DNA from: Octopus bimaculoides
Taxonomy: Eukaryota
Direction: 5' to 3'
DNA length: 37,382 nucleotides
Assembly: GCF_001194135.2 (NCBI RefSeq)
Contig: NC_068982.1
Span: 100,084,272 to 100,121,653, forward strand
The position numbers and the translations under genes were made by a program. Position 1 is the stretch's first letter; the number at the start of each line of letters is the position of its first letter. Below, piece after piece: positions 9,675-23,219 of the stretch. The notes under the pieces were generated by a model. The model was not told the origin of the DNA. It saw nothing but the letters and a program-made list of their open reading frames with translations, and did not search any database.

Positions 9675-12099
9675 GAGCCCTTTTTGTATAAGTGGTGGGG
9701 GCGGGTATAGGTGGCAGGGGCGGGAATGGATGGGCGCATTATAGACAAGCTTTGCCTCAGGAAATAGCAACAGCAGTAAGAAGACACTAGTGAAGCAGGT
9801 AGACAGACAGAAAGAGACTTGAAAGACTTTATCACTGGAGGAAAACATAACAAGAATGAGAAAGACACAAGTTATAAAACAAAGCAAGGACATTTATGAA
9901 TTTTAGAGAGAGAGGGAGAGATCACTGAGGAAATCATAGCAAAATATGGGAACACATGGGTTATGAAACAAAGAGAGAGAATATTGCAAAGATTTAAAGA
10001 ATTACAAGTTTTGAAAGTTATTTGAAGAATTAAATAATTACAAATTTCAAAAGTTACTTTAAATCAAAGTACACCATGTTAGTAATATGAGTTAGATGAA
10101 TGAATGATGAGCGGTTAAAACTAGAGAAATTCCTTAGCTTCGCTAGTCATTTCATGTGGTATAATAGTGTCAGCAACGAAGCAAGCAATGTGAAAGTTTG
10201 TATGAAAAAAATTTTTTAAATATTGCATGTATTGTAGAAAGAACTGTAACCAAGTTACTGCACATAAATTTTAACAACAAAATCTTATATGTTGAGAACC
10301 ACTGATTTAAAGTCTTTCTAGCAGCTGTGAATTTGAAAAGATTCATTAATTGTATTTGAAGGATTTCAATATATGACATATGCCAAGGTCAACAATAACT
10401 GTCACAAACAGGTGGGAGGTCTTAAAGAAATTAACAAGCTATTTCAGTCATTTCATTGAAGTAGTCATTAAAAGTGCCTCCCTCAGCTGTTTTCTAGAGA
10501 CGATCAAGATTTAAAATATTTCATTTCTTTTTCAGTAATCTTTATAAACTTAAAAAGTGTTTAAAGGAATTTACGGCTTATTTTTATGGCTGCCATGTAA
10601 TGAAGTTGATTTCTTTTCACCTGCAATGTCAAATGCACATAAAGAGATCTATCATTATTACTATCCCACTGAGGACACAAGTATGGCTTTGTAGTTAAGA
10701 AGTTCGCTTCATAACCACATGCTTCCAAGCTCCTTGGGTAAGTACATTCTATCATAACCTCAAAAACTGTGTGGAAGTTCTTTGTATGTGTGTACGTGTA
10801 CATTATATATACACACACACACACNNNNNNNNNNCACACACACACACATATATATATATATGAAGGCATACTGACAAAATGCTGCTCCTCTAAACAGAAA
10901 CCTTGCCTGTCATTCTGGTTTTGTATCACGAAGTAAAGCTGTCCTTGCTGTTCCATTTACCAAAAGGTTTGCAAGGCACCAGCAGGCCTCAAGAGACATG
11001 TTCGTGTCCACAGAACATGATTACTGCTTTATTTTACTGAATCCTCATTTGTTGTTCATGACAAAAGAATCTATCACACACACATATATATGTACACACA
11101 CACACACACACATGCACACACACACACACACTCACACATACAATCATCCATACATACATGTATATAATTATCATTATCATCATTGCTTAATGTCCAATTT
11201 GCCATGCTTGTATAAGTCAGAGGATAAGTTTGTTGAACCAAATTTTTCAACACCCACATGCTATTCCTGTTGCCAACTCCCACCTGTTTCCAAATGAAGT
11301 AATATTTCCTGTAGTGTATCAAACAACAAACAGCCCAGACATGCTTTCCCAGAGTATTGCAAACAAACAACACTCTTAGTATGAACAGTGATTCTTTATT
11401 TACCGCTCTCTGTCGGTTTCAATGACAAGGGTCCCACTTGATCCAATCAACAGAACAGCCAGCTCATGAAATTAATGTGCAAGTGGCTGAGAACTCCACA
11501 GACAAATGCACCTTTAACATAGTTCCCTGAAAGTCTCAGTGTACGACTTATTTTTGCGAGCTGAGTTTACATTCAGCCACATCAAAACAAAAGGAATACA
11601 TACTCACACACTGACACACACACAATAGACTTCTAGTTTCTATCTACCGAATTTCACTTACAACGCACTAGTCAACCCTGGACTACTGTAAAAGACTTTA
11701 GCTGATATTGTCCATGCAGTGGGAATTGAACCCTCAATCACACAATCCCAAAGCAAACTTCATAACTATACAGTCATATCTATATATATTAGCAACACAG
11801 GCAGTATTAATATTTAAGAAGTAAATATTTATCACCGCTTTAACGTGGATGCTCTATTAGAACAAATTATACTGTGGAAGTTACCATGAGAGAGACCCAC
11901 AGATTGGTTTTTAGTGCAAAACACACTTTTGTGTATATTGGTAGTGGGGAGATAAATCCCCACCACCTCCAGATCACCAAGACCACCAAATCACATGATT
12001 TTGGTCTTCCTTGACCTTGTCAATGATGGACACTCAGCCACTAGAGATAACAGTGATTCATCTCTGCCAGAAACATATAAAAAAACAGTGCCAGAACAG

Positions 12100-14795
12100 A
12101 CGCTGGTGTCGTGATCAGCCAATGGACTTGTAAAAAATATTTATTAGTGACACTGGCAGCTTTAATACCAAGAGATAAAGAAACAGAGGTTCAAATTTGT
12201 CTGGCAGCAGTGATGGAGTGGGTGGTGTGGGCAGCAGTGATGGAGTAGGTGGTGTGGGCATACTCTTAGCAGATAAGTGGGTAGATAAGGTAATTGAGGT
12301 AGACAGGGTATGCGATAGAGTTATGAAGCTAAGACTTGTCATAGATAAATTAACAGTTACATTTATCTCCACCTATGCTCCTCAGACTGGGCTGGCTGAT
12401 GACCAGAAGGACCAATTCCTATGAGTTCCTCCTGCAGACTACCTCAATGACAAGTGACAGAGACTTTGTTATTGTGGCTGGCGACTTTAATGGACATGTT
12501 GAGTAGCAGTCCCATGGATTCCATGGGGTGCATGGTGATTATAGCTTTAGCCCTAGAAATGAGGAGGGAACAAAGCTACTTGAGTTCTGTGATGCATATG
12601 ATCTCATGATCTGCAACACTAACTTCAGAAAACCAGCCAGTCACCTAATCACTTATCAGTCTGGTGGGCAAATAAGCCAGATTGATTACCTCCTCACCAG
12701 GCAATGAGATAGACAGATGCTCACAAATGCAAAGTCACCCCAACATAGGCTACTAGTTAGTGACTTCAGAATTAGGTCTAGAAAGGCTCAAGGAAATAAA
12801 CCACACTGGAAAAGAAGATTATGGAAGCAAAAAAACCCAGCAAACCATCAGAAATTTAGAGATATTCTAGTGGAAGCCTCTGACGAAAGAGAGGAGTAGA
12901 CAGGGACATATAGCTTAGAGGACAATTGGAAGTTTCTGCAGAACAATCTACTGAGGACTGCGAAGCAAATCTGTGGCTGGTGCAAAGTCCCGAGGCCAAG
13001 GGTGACATGGTAGTGGAACAAGGAGGTAGACAGTGCCATAAAAGCAAAGAGACAGGCTTGGAAAGGCTGGAAAAAAGGTGGAAGCAGAGAATTATATCAG
13101 GGAGCCAGGAGGCAAGATAGGCAACAGGTTTACATAGCAAAAAGGAATAGCAGAAGGGAAGAAGTTTGCCAGTGTTTTACAGCGCGAGGATGAGAGGCAT
13201 GAAGTGTTCCAAGATGTGGTGGATGGGAAATGTGTGCAAATGGATAATGGTATGCTTGCACTTAGTGTCTCAAAGAAGAAAGATGCATGGAAGTGTCATT
13301 ATGAAAGGTTACTAAATGTGGAAAATGAATGGGAAGAGAGTCTTTCAAATATTGAACCAATTAAAGGACCAGCCATCAGAGTTAATAACAGTATAAGAGA
13401 TAAAGCAATTAAAGATATGAAGACAGGGAAAGCCCCTGAACCATCGGGTGTCACTGCTAAGATGATAAGAATCCCCAGTGGTGTGGGATACAGCCTAGTC
13501 ACTTGCATTGTTAATCAGGTCATTCAGGAAGGCACCCTCCCCACTGGCTGGTGCAGTAGTGTTATAGTTAGCTGCTACAAGGGCAAAGGTGATGCTTTAG
13601 ATAGAAACAACTAGAAGTATCAAAGTGCTGAACCAGGTCATGAAAGTTACAGAGAGAGAGTTATAGCTCAACTGATTAGAAATAGAATCAAACTAGATGA
13701 GATGCAGTTTGATTTTGTGCCTGGGAAGAGTACCATAGATGCCATCTTCCTAGTGAGACAGTTGCAGGAAAAGTATTTGACCAAGAGTAAACCACTGTAC
13801 TTGGTTTTTGTCAACCTGGAGAAAGCTTTTGACAGAGTCTCACACTCTGTTATATGGTGGTCTCTAAGGAAGTTAGGAGTAGAAGAGTGGCTTATTACAG
13901 CTGTACAAGCCATGTACAGAGGGGATGTCAGTAAGGTGAGAGTCAGCCATGAATACAGTGATGAATTTAGTGTACAGGTAGGGGTTCACCAGGGCTCAGT
14001 TCTTAGTCCGCTCTTATTCATCATAGTCTTCCAGGCTATAACAGAGGAATTCAAAACTGGATGCTCATGGGAATTACTATACACTGATGACTTCGCTCTT
14101 GTTGCAGAATCTGTAGCAGAATTGCAGAAGAAATTCCAGGTATGAAAGCAAAACCTGGAATCAAAGGGCCTTAAAGCTAAACAAGCTAAGACCAAAGTTT
14201 TTGTTAGCAAGAAAGCAGATAAGACTCTAATTCCATCAGGTAAATGGTTCTGCTCAATCTTCACCATATGTAAGCTATGTAAGTAGATTAACAAATGAGG
14301 TCACCTTTGTGTGTGGCAGATGTGCAGGAACAATAAGCACTAAGAGTACATGGGACTTAGACTCTCTCAAATGTCCAGCAGGCTCTCTCGAGGTAGTAGA
14401 TGGTTTCTGTTACTTAGATGACCAAATTAGCAATGGGAGTGGATGCTCTGAAAATATTGTTTCTAAAATAAGAATAGGATGGAGAAAGTTCAGAGAGCTA
14501 CTACCTCTGTTGGCAACAAAAGGACACTCTCTCAGAGTGAAAGGTAGATTGTATGATGCTTATGTACAAACAGCTATACTCCATAGTAGTGAAACTTGGG
14601 CTCTAAATGCAGAGGACATATGTAGACTAGAGAGAAATGAAGGCAGTATGCTCCGCTGGATGTGCAGCGTCAATGTGCATGAACGACAAAGCACAAATGT
14701 GTTGAGAGAAAAGTTGGGCACAAGAGGAATCAAATGCAGTATATGTTGGTCTGGGCATGTGATGCGTATGAATGAAGATAGCTGTATAAAGAAGT
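12100..14795 (+). mobile_element. Decayed near-full-length RTE-clade LINE ORF, 3' end missing
   Basis: ORF fragments GVGILLADKW (APE), KTGKAPEPSG...KGKGDALDRNN, FDFVPGKSTIDAIF...LEKAFDRV, HQGSVLSPLLF, LYTDD, RIGWRKFRELLP. Many stops. Sequence switches to another element near 14795. Boundaries approximate. Confidence 0.93.
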
Positions 14796-14821
14796 GTTGG
14801 TTACTGAAAGTTTGTTTAACA

Positions 14822-14866
14822 AAACTGTCCAACGAACGGGAACGTGAATCTCTGAGTAACAGCTTT
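14822..14866 (+). ncRNA. Degenerate compact hammerhead motif
   Basis: aaa-ctgt CCAACGA acg ggaa cgt GAAT-CT ctg AG-TA^ acag-c-ttt. All three stems present. Core lesions G5>A and A15.1>T. Confidence 0.55.
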
Positions 14867-14965
14867 TGTTATATTTTTGCTGCTTTTAAATAAAGCATAT
14901 TACTCTACCTGTGGTATTTGAGTACTCTTTTTTCCACCTTGTTTCACATTTATGTGCTTACTCCA

Positions 14966-15003
<38 letters not shown>

Positions 15004-15759
15004 TATCATATCATATACACACACATACACAGATGTACACATGTGTCTTTTGCCTATCTACATTGGCAAAGAATGTCAACATTAGCAAGGAAATTGAAAA
15101 ACCAATGCTTGCTACATTTGTTCTGTGTTAGCTAAGAGAGACTTTCTTGTCAATTTTGCTACTGGAAATGCAATGACCAGTAACTGTCCAAATGAAAACT
15201 TGTAAACAACAACACTATTGCTCACAAACGTCTATATGAATACATAGATAAATAATATATAGATATATATATTATACATATATATACATAGATAAATAAT
15301 ATATGCTAATCTTGGAGTTATAAAATACATATTTACTTTGTCATCACACAGACAAAGGATTTGACACACCATCATTATTATATGACAGTTAAAAATTTAT
15401 CAATATCATAAGTGATTGTAGGCATCAAGTTAACTTCCATCTGCATGTCAATATCATTGCTCTGTCCTCTAAAGGCAGAATGAGCCAACTGGTTGTATAC
15501 ACACTATAATGATGAATATGCTTCATGTCCAGGTTGAAATTTTAAATACTTCAATTTCTTTTATTGATCAATATGATATAAAAAAATTAAAGAATTTGGA
15601 GTTTTTCTGGCTTACTTTATGGCTACCACATGTTTTTTTTTTGTTTTTCTTTATTAAATTGGTGAGGAAAAAGGGCTAGAAATCAGTGAGATCAACTAGT
15701 TAGTATTCCTTTTCAACAGCTGCAAGCTGATGACTGTTGGAAAAACACATGCAGGGAAG

Positions 15760-16420
15760 GGTCTCTACAGAAGTAATATTCAGGGGAAGAAGGACTGGAA
15801 ATATTGGTTAGTGTGGAATCCAAGATGGGATCACAATATTAGTGACAAGAGGACAAAAGACAAATTAGTAAGGAGATGGTCAATAGTTGTTTGGCGATGA
15901 AGTATTTTCTAGCTCTGAAGAGGGAAAACCAATTTTTAAAATGTTGTTTATGCGATGTTGAGTATGTACATTCACTATACCAGGAGATGATGAGGCCTGG
16001 TATTTATAGTAAGCCTGAGGATTGTAATTGTGTGTTGTTTATGTTTAGGGTTTGGAGCATAATAATGTTTTCTTGGCATGTGTCATAATTGAGTCTGTGT
16101 GATGATGAAGGAGACAAGATTGGCATGATTACATTGCAGGATGGTTCTTTTTGCTTTTTGATCTTGGTTCATAGAGTTAGTACAGGTTTAGTGTGAGGTG
16201 CCAAGTTTTCATGTGGGTGTCATAATGGGTGGAGAGAATTAAATAACAATGAAGGTTGGTATCATCTGCATAGAAGTAAGTACTGAAAAGGCCAGGACAT
16301 ACAAGATGTACATATAGAAGGAAGAATATGTGGGACAAAACCGAACTTTGGAGTACACTGGGTTTGAAAGTGTGTGGTTCAAACAGAGTCTCATCAGCAC
16401 ATGGTGTGATGGTTTGATCT
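15760..16420 (-). mobile_element. Degenerate CR1/L2-type LINE RT fragment
   Basis: FYADDTNL at ~16261-16275, then W.LTLN, then SLFRARKYFIAKQLLTI...YC after frameshifts, typical of the CR1-clade RT C-terminal region. Confidence 0.7.
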
Positions 16421-16474
16421 GGCAGGATAACACCAATGCAAGAGACAAAAAGTGGATAGAATTTATATACTAAT

Positions 16475-16665
16475 GCTGGTGACATGTTAGAAGCACCCAG
16501 TACACACTGTAAAGTGGTTGGTGTTAGGAAGGACATCCAGCCAAAGAAACCATGCCAGAGCAGACAATGGAATTTGGTGCAACCCCTGGCCTTACTAGCT
16601 CCAGTCAAACCATCCAACCTATGCTAGCATGGAAAACAAACATTAAATGACGATGATGATGACGA
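16475..16665 (+). mobile_element. Older RTE 3'-tail fragment
   Basis: aagcacccagtacac...ttaggaaggacatccagc...agcatggaaaac...gatgatg. Confidence 0.85.
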
Positions 16666-17011
16666 TACAGAAAAAAAGTTTAGGGGATATTAAGGCTCCC
16701 ACACAGTAAAGTTGTCCAAGTAAACTTGGAATATACATTAAGTATAAGCTCACTGAGATACAGAAAATAATACAACATGATTTCTTTTATTGACACAAGA
16801 TCACAAAGTGTAAGAGAAGAGCATAGTTGAATGAATCAAACCATGACTAACTGGTATTATTTTATCAATGAGGCTGGATTTGAAACCAAAATACAAAGGG
16901 ACATAACTAAAAGCCTTAAAGAAAATAACCTAATAAGTGTCTCCATGAGGCACAAGAGCTTATAAACCTGATACTTATATCTAGATTCAGTAGTACTAAA
17001 TGGATGGGAGT

Positions 17012-17398
17012 GGAGGTGCAATGGCCCAGTGGTTAGGGCAGCGGACTCACTGTCATAGGATCGCGGTTTCAATTCCCAGATCGGGCGTTGTGAGTGTTTA
17101 TTGAGTGAAAACACCTAAAGCTCCAGGAGGCTCTGGAAGGGGATGGGGGTGAACCCTGCTGTACTCTTTCACCACAACTTTCTCTCACTCTTACTTCTTG
17201 TTTCTGTTGTGCCTGTAATTCAAAGGGTCAGCCTTTGATAATCACTGTGTCACGCTGATTATCCCAGAGAACTACATTAAGGGTAAACGTGTCTGTGGAG
17301 TGCTCAGCCACTTGCACATTAATTTCACAAGCAGGCTGTTCCGTTGATCGGATCAACTGGAACCCTCGACATCTTAAGCAACAGAGTTGCCAACAACA
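17012..17398 (+). mobile_element. tRNA-derived SINE
   Basis: tggcccagtggttagggc...ggtttcaattccc head. The 3' half is shared with 19570-19760 and 11400-11530 (minus). Confidence 0.85.
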
Positions 17399-19054
17399 AA
17401 TGGATGGGAAATGAACCTGGTCTTGAATAAATATGTCATTCTATTGCAAGAAATATTCTCAGCTTCTTTTCTTATTCTTCACACAGAAGTAAAATGAGAA
17501 AGTACAAAGAACTAGAATTAAATATCTTGCTCAGAGACAAAGTATAAATGCAGGAGACATGAACTTGTGCTTCTTCCATTTGACCATTTTATTACAACAT
17601 TCCAACAAATATCTTCAGTCATATTTGATGAAGCAGATCTCTGGCCAGATGTACTTCCTGTCACCAACCCTCGCCTACTTCCAAGCAAAGTAACACTTTC
17701 CCTTGTCTATTAAATAACAACCTGGACATGCTTTTGTAGAAGGATTGCAAACAAATAGCATGGGTTGTATGAATGTAGCTCTTTGCTTACAATTGGTGCA
17801 TGCATGTCAAAGGAATAATACATATACACATGCTCACATTATGATTGGCTTCTACCAAATTTTTCTCACAAGGCATTAGTTAACCTGTGGTTACAGCAGG
17901 CACCAGAACTCTATCAGCACATGCCATGATCTTGTAGGATGCCAACAAAAAGTGTCTTATGTACACAACTTGATATAACTAGTTATAGATGAGCCAGTGA
18001 AAGAGTTTCTAGGTCATTGCTCAATCTGCTAGAAAGAGCAGCCAACTCTCTTCCAAGTCACAATCTTTTCTCATAAAGAAAAGGATACACTGGAATGAAG
18101 CAGTGCTAGATATATAGTATAGTATGTTCTTTTGATCATAGGCATGCTTGATTAGAACTGATCTGGGATCAAACAACAACAACAACAACATAAAACACAT
18201 AGTTATAATGCTGTCATATAACTAAGGAAATGATCTTTAAAGAAGACCAATAAACTGCTGTTGGTAGTTGACTTAAGAAAGATATAGCTACACTGATATT
18301 CACTAATAACAATATTGTAATTTACTTTTTTTCTTTTAGTTCAAATCAATTTTTATCACTTTTGAGATGATAAAATATATATCGGTTAAACAGGAGAGGC
18401 AGGACAATTCTGCTGTAGAATGCCAAAATGATCAGATGCTTGAAATTGCAACTTGGTGGTTAGTAACTCTGAATTTAAGCCATAACAGTTATGGGTATCA
18501 GATCTGTGGTTGTTCTAGAGAAATACATTTAGAACAAACCATTGAATATTCCCAAAGAGAATGGCAATAAAAAGGGAAATCAGTTGTAATACACATCAAT
18601 GTCAAAAGATGTGTGAACAAGACATGATTAACCAGGAAGGTGCAGTCTAGCAAAAGCAATAAAATGATTAAAAAAAGAACATTACAGCAGCCTGATACTT
18701 TTCAACCTTTTTTCCCCATTTCTGTTTAATAAAGAAAATGAAGTGTGATATCTTATATCAACGACTACGATAAAATGAATCAGTTATTAGATAGGTTATT
18801 TTCTTTGTTGCTGTTTCTTAGATATTAGATTATAGTCATCAAGAAGTGCAGTTTAATTACAGACTTAATCCAAATGAAAGACAAAAACATGGCAGTAAAA
18901 AAAAAAAATCCAACTCAGAGGCATTATAATATATTTGACTTAAACAAAGCAGTTTATGATATAATTTGATAACAAGCAATATGTTCTTTCATAATAACCT
19001 GAAATGAATGCATACCAATGTGGCTGCTTCAGAATTATATAAAGATATACTTAC

Positions 19055-19140
19055 ATTCTGGACATTTCCATTCTGGCAGAGTTGAAAGTGCAAGCAATGG
19101 AATCATATATTCTATACTAGGTCCTTGGTATAGGGGTAAT
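19055..19140 (-). CDS. SLC23: SLC23-family internal exon ((R)LPLYQGPSIEYMIPLLALSTLPEWKCPE), 86 nt
   Basis: Acceptor ttctttatgcag, donor gtaagt. Translation matches SLC23 LPLFQASAFAFLAP...DKWKC. Starts phase 2, ends phase 1 (1+84+1 nt). Confidence 0.92.
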
Positions 19141-19436
19141 CTGCATAAAGAATATTAAAATGGTTATAAGAGAAATAAGTATTGATTTTTCTTCTAAAGA
19201 TAAATCAATAGATTCATCCATGTAAACAAGAATGAGAAAAAAATGTATTTATTTCATAAGCAGAAGGTCCTTCTTTTTTCAACAGAGATAAATGTACAGT
19301 TAAACTCCAATCTAGAGTTATGCCTGCAGCTTGACACACCTGCATGATTACAGGTGTAAATTCAGAGGTGCAGTCTTGTCACACACTGTGACATGCAGAT
19401 TTTGCCTGAGAATCACATAAAGGGTAAACGGGTTCA

Positions 19437-19760
19437 AAGGCATGTGACTTAATGGTTAGGATATTCAGCTCATGATCGTAAGGTCATAAGTTCAATTCCT
19501 GGCAATGCATTGTGCCCTTGAGCAAGACAATTTATTTCACATTACTCCAATTCACACAACTGGTAAAAATGAGTAGTATCTGTATTTCAAAGGGACAGCC
19601 TTGTCACACTCTGTGTCAACATGAATCTCCCTGAGAACTATGTTAAGAGTACATGTGTCTGTAGAATACTCAGCTACATGCATGTTCATTTCATGAGCAG
19701 GCTGTTCCACTGATCAGATCAACTGGAACCTACTTTGTTGTAACCAACACAGTGCCAGTT
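19437..19760 (+). mobile_element. tRNA-derived SINE (head like 1345 family, tail like 17012 family)
   Basis: aatggttagg...agttcaattcc head, ccttgagcaagac core, caaagggacagcc...gatcaactggaacc tail. Confidence 0.8.
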
Positions 19761-19950
19761 TAAAACGGAACCGTGGAATGTTCAACTACTTATACACTAA
19801 TTCAATGAGAAGATAATCCAACTTGTTGAACAAATGAAATCCCATCATCCAAACCAATGGATAGCCATCTTTGTTGTACCCAAGACTTGTCCAACCAATT
19901 CTAGCTTACAAATAGAGACAATAAAATTTTGATAAAAATGACAGTGATAT

Positions 19951-20168
19951 GAGGTGGTGAGCTAGCACACCGGGCAAAATACTTAGTGGTATTTCATCTG
20001 TCCATATATTCTGATACCCATATCTGTTAGGGCTTAAAAGGGTCAACTCTGACTTTCATCCTTTTGGGATTGATAAAATAAGTGCCAGTTGAGCTCTGGG
20101 GTCAATGTTATCGACTTACCTCCTCGGCTGAAGTTGCTGGCCTTATGCCAAAATTTGAAATCAATAAT
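19951..20168 (+). mobile_element. SINE with Nin/Deu-domain-like core (ctttcatcct..gataaaataagt.ccag)
   Basis: Same family as 35467-35675 and 35987-36810. Resemblance to the Nin/Deu domain is from recall, not from a search. Confidence 0.75.
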
Positions 20169-21894
20169 GACTGATCTGTAACAAATCCTTCCAGTGTTAC
20201 TCTCCCTATTCACCCTTCTAATGAGATTTATAAGCAGTTTAGAAGCAAGTCATTTTGACAGCCAGTGGGGCAGACATCTCTAGAAATTCCAAAATATATT
20301 ATAAAAANNNNNNNNNNNNNNNNNNNNNNNNNNNNNNNNNNNNNNNNNNNNNNNNNNNNNNNNNNNNNNNNNNNNNNNNNNNNNNNNNNNNNNNNNNNNN
20401 NNNNNNNNNNNNNNNNNNNNNNNNNNNNNNNNNNNNNNNNNNNNNNNNNNNNNNNNNNNNNNNNNNNNNNNNNNNNNNNNNNNNNNNNNNNNNNNNNNNN
20501 NNNNNNNNNNNNNNNNNNNNNNNNNNNNNNNNNNNNNNNNNNNNNNNNNNNNNNNNNNNNNNNNNNNNNNNNNNNNNNNNNNNNNNNNNNNNNNNNNNNN
20601 NNNNNNNNNNNNNNNNNNNNNNNNNNNNNNNNNNNNNNNNNNNNNNNNNNNNNNNNNNNNNNNNNNNNNNNNNNNNNNNNNNNNNNNNNNNNNNNNNNNN
20701 NNNNNNNNNNNNNNNNNNNNNNNNNNNNNNNNNNNNNNNNNNNNNNNNNNNNNNNNNNNNNNNNNNNNNNNNNNNNNNNNNNNNNNNNNNNNNNNNNNNN
20801 NNNNNNNNNNNNNNNNNNNNNNNNNNNNNNNNNNNNNNNNNNNNNNNNNNNNNNNNNNNNNNNNNNNNNNNNNNNNNNNNNNNNNNNNNNNNNNNNNNNN
20901 NNNNNNNNNNNNNNNNNNNNNNNNNNNNNNNNNNNNNNNNNNNNNNNNNNNNNNNNNNNNNNNNNNNNNNNNNNNNNNNNNNNNNNNNNNNNNNNNNNNN
21001 NNNNNNNNNNNNNNNNNNNNNNNNNNNNNNNNNNNNNNNNNNNNNNNNNNNNNNNNNNNNNNNNNNNNNNNNNNNNNNNNNNNNNNNNNNNNNNNNNNNN
21101 NNNNNNNNNNNNNNNNNNNNNNNNNNNNNNNNNNNNNNNNNCAAAGACTTTCCGTATTCCCGAGCGTCATACTAATATATACTTTTGTTATTTACACCAC
21201 CTGTCCTCGTCTGTTGTTATTTTTTGTATATTCTCCCATATATATATATATATATGTATACACACACACACAAATATTCATGTTTTATGTCTGCTTTTCC
21301 ATCCTAGCATGGGTTAAATGTATACATACTATTGAAGTATTGTTTTACTACAGCCTGTTACTAAATCTTACTTGTTTTTCAATTAAGGACATTTCTTCAA
21401 TCCATTCATATTTGAAAGAGTAGATCTAGCAAGATATCTTGTTACTAGAGAATTGTCAACAAACGACACCATTAGTAGTTCAGTACCTTTTCCATACAAA
21501 GTGCAAGAATATTAACACACACACACATACGCATATGTGGTGGGCTTCTGTACAGTGTGTGTCTACCAAATTCACTCATAAAACATTCACTGACCTAGGG
21601 CTACATAGAAGAGACTTTCTCAAAGTGTTATGCAACAGGACTGGATCCAAAAGCATGTAGTTGAGGAGCAAACTTCCTAACCATGGAACCATGCTAGTGA
21701 ATATATATGTATGTGTGCACATGCACTCACACAAAGGATGTCTCAGGATGTTTCCAGACAGCATATGTTGTACTTTTTACTGTCCAATAGAAATACACTT
21801 GTAGCTACTGATCAGTGGCAGCTCACCAGCTAAGTCAGCTTACAAATACACTCCATGGTCTCTACTGATGTATATATATATGTATATGTGTGTG

Positions 21895-21925
<31 letters not shown>

Positions 21926-21929
21926 ACAT

Positions 21930-22767
21930 GTTTTGGATGTTTTGTTGTCCCTTTTTTGTATCACCTAACTATCTGGATGTTTTGCGTTCTTGTCCCATTT
22001 TGTATTTTTCATATATAGTGGCGTACATACACTTTGGTCTCTTATATGTAAGTATATATTTATGTAAATCTTGTATGACTCCATTCTTTCTTTCTATCAG
22101 CCCTTTCACGCTTATTTATTCATTCCACTCTTCGTTCTTTCGTTCCCCCTATCTCACATTTCCCTGCCTTCTCTTCTTGCTAACTTTCCCTCCTCTTTTC
22201 ACTTCACTGTGCCCCTATCATTTTTTCTCACCCCTCCTTAATTCTTCTGTCTCTCTGCCTCTACCTCTCTCTCTTCTCTCCCCCACGTGACCGGTGTTCA
22301 GCCAAGCCTGATCTTTCTTTCTTGGTTTGGCAGTCGTCTGTGCAACATCTATATTCCTCCCTGTGCCGGTGAAATCTTGTATCCCTGCCATAAGGCTTGA
22401 TTTCCACACATACACCAGCTTAATTTAATTCGTCCTTAGTCGAAAGACACCTGTTGTTATGTCCTGTTATTTGTATTTGTGTAACATTCTCCGTTTTTTT
22501 TCCGTCCTTGTTTTCACATACATTCGCTGCTTTCTTCCAAGGAATCTAATGCTCTTAGCTTAATTTTACCTTGGGGCTGGTCACCAGATTGGAGCAATTT
22601 CGAGTATAACCAGCCGAAATTGCAAAGATAATCTGGAACTCGACTGAGGAAAAAAAACTCCAAATGACCCTCCTTGTTTTCATTGTATCATCTTTCTGGA
22701 TGTTTTGTATCACCTAACTGTCTGGATGTTTTGCGTTCTTGTCCCATTTTGTATTATATATATATAT
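21930..22767. mobile_element. Unclassified repeat bracketed by 52-bp direct repeats (possible Penelope-like pseudo-LTR arrangement)
   Basis: 21955-22006 and 22704-22755 differ at one base. CpG-rich interior, flanked by (TA)n. No recognisable protein motif. Confidence 0.45.
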
Positions 22768-23219
22768 NNNNNNNNNNNNNNNNNNNNNNNNNNNNNNNNN
22801 NNNNNNNNNNNNNNNNNNNNNNNNNNNNNNNNNNNNNNNNNNNNNNNNNNNNNNNNNNNNNNNNNNNNNNNNNNNNNNNNNNNNNNNNNNNNNNNNNNNN
22901 NNNNNNNNNNNNNNNNNNNNNNNNNNNNNNNNNNNNNNNNNNNNNNNNNNNNNNNNNNNNNNNNNNNNNNNNNNNNNNNNNNNNNNNNNNNNNNNNNNNN
23001 NNNNNNNNNNNNNNNNNNNNNNNNNNNNNNNNNNNNNNNNNNNNNNNNNNNNNNNNNNNNNNNNNNNNNNNNNNNNNNNNNNNNNNNNNNNNNNNNNNNN
23101 NNNNNNNNNNNNNNNNNNNNNNNNNNNNNNNNNNNNNNNNNNNNNNNNNNNNNNNNNNNNNNNNNNNNNNNNNNNNNNNNNNNNNNNNNNNNNNNNNNNN
23201 NNNNNNNNNNNNNNNNNNN

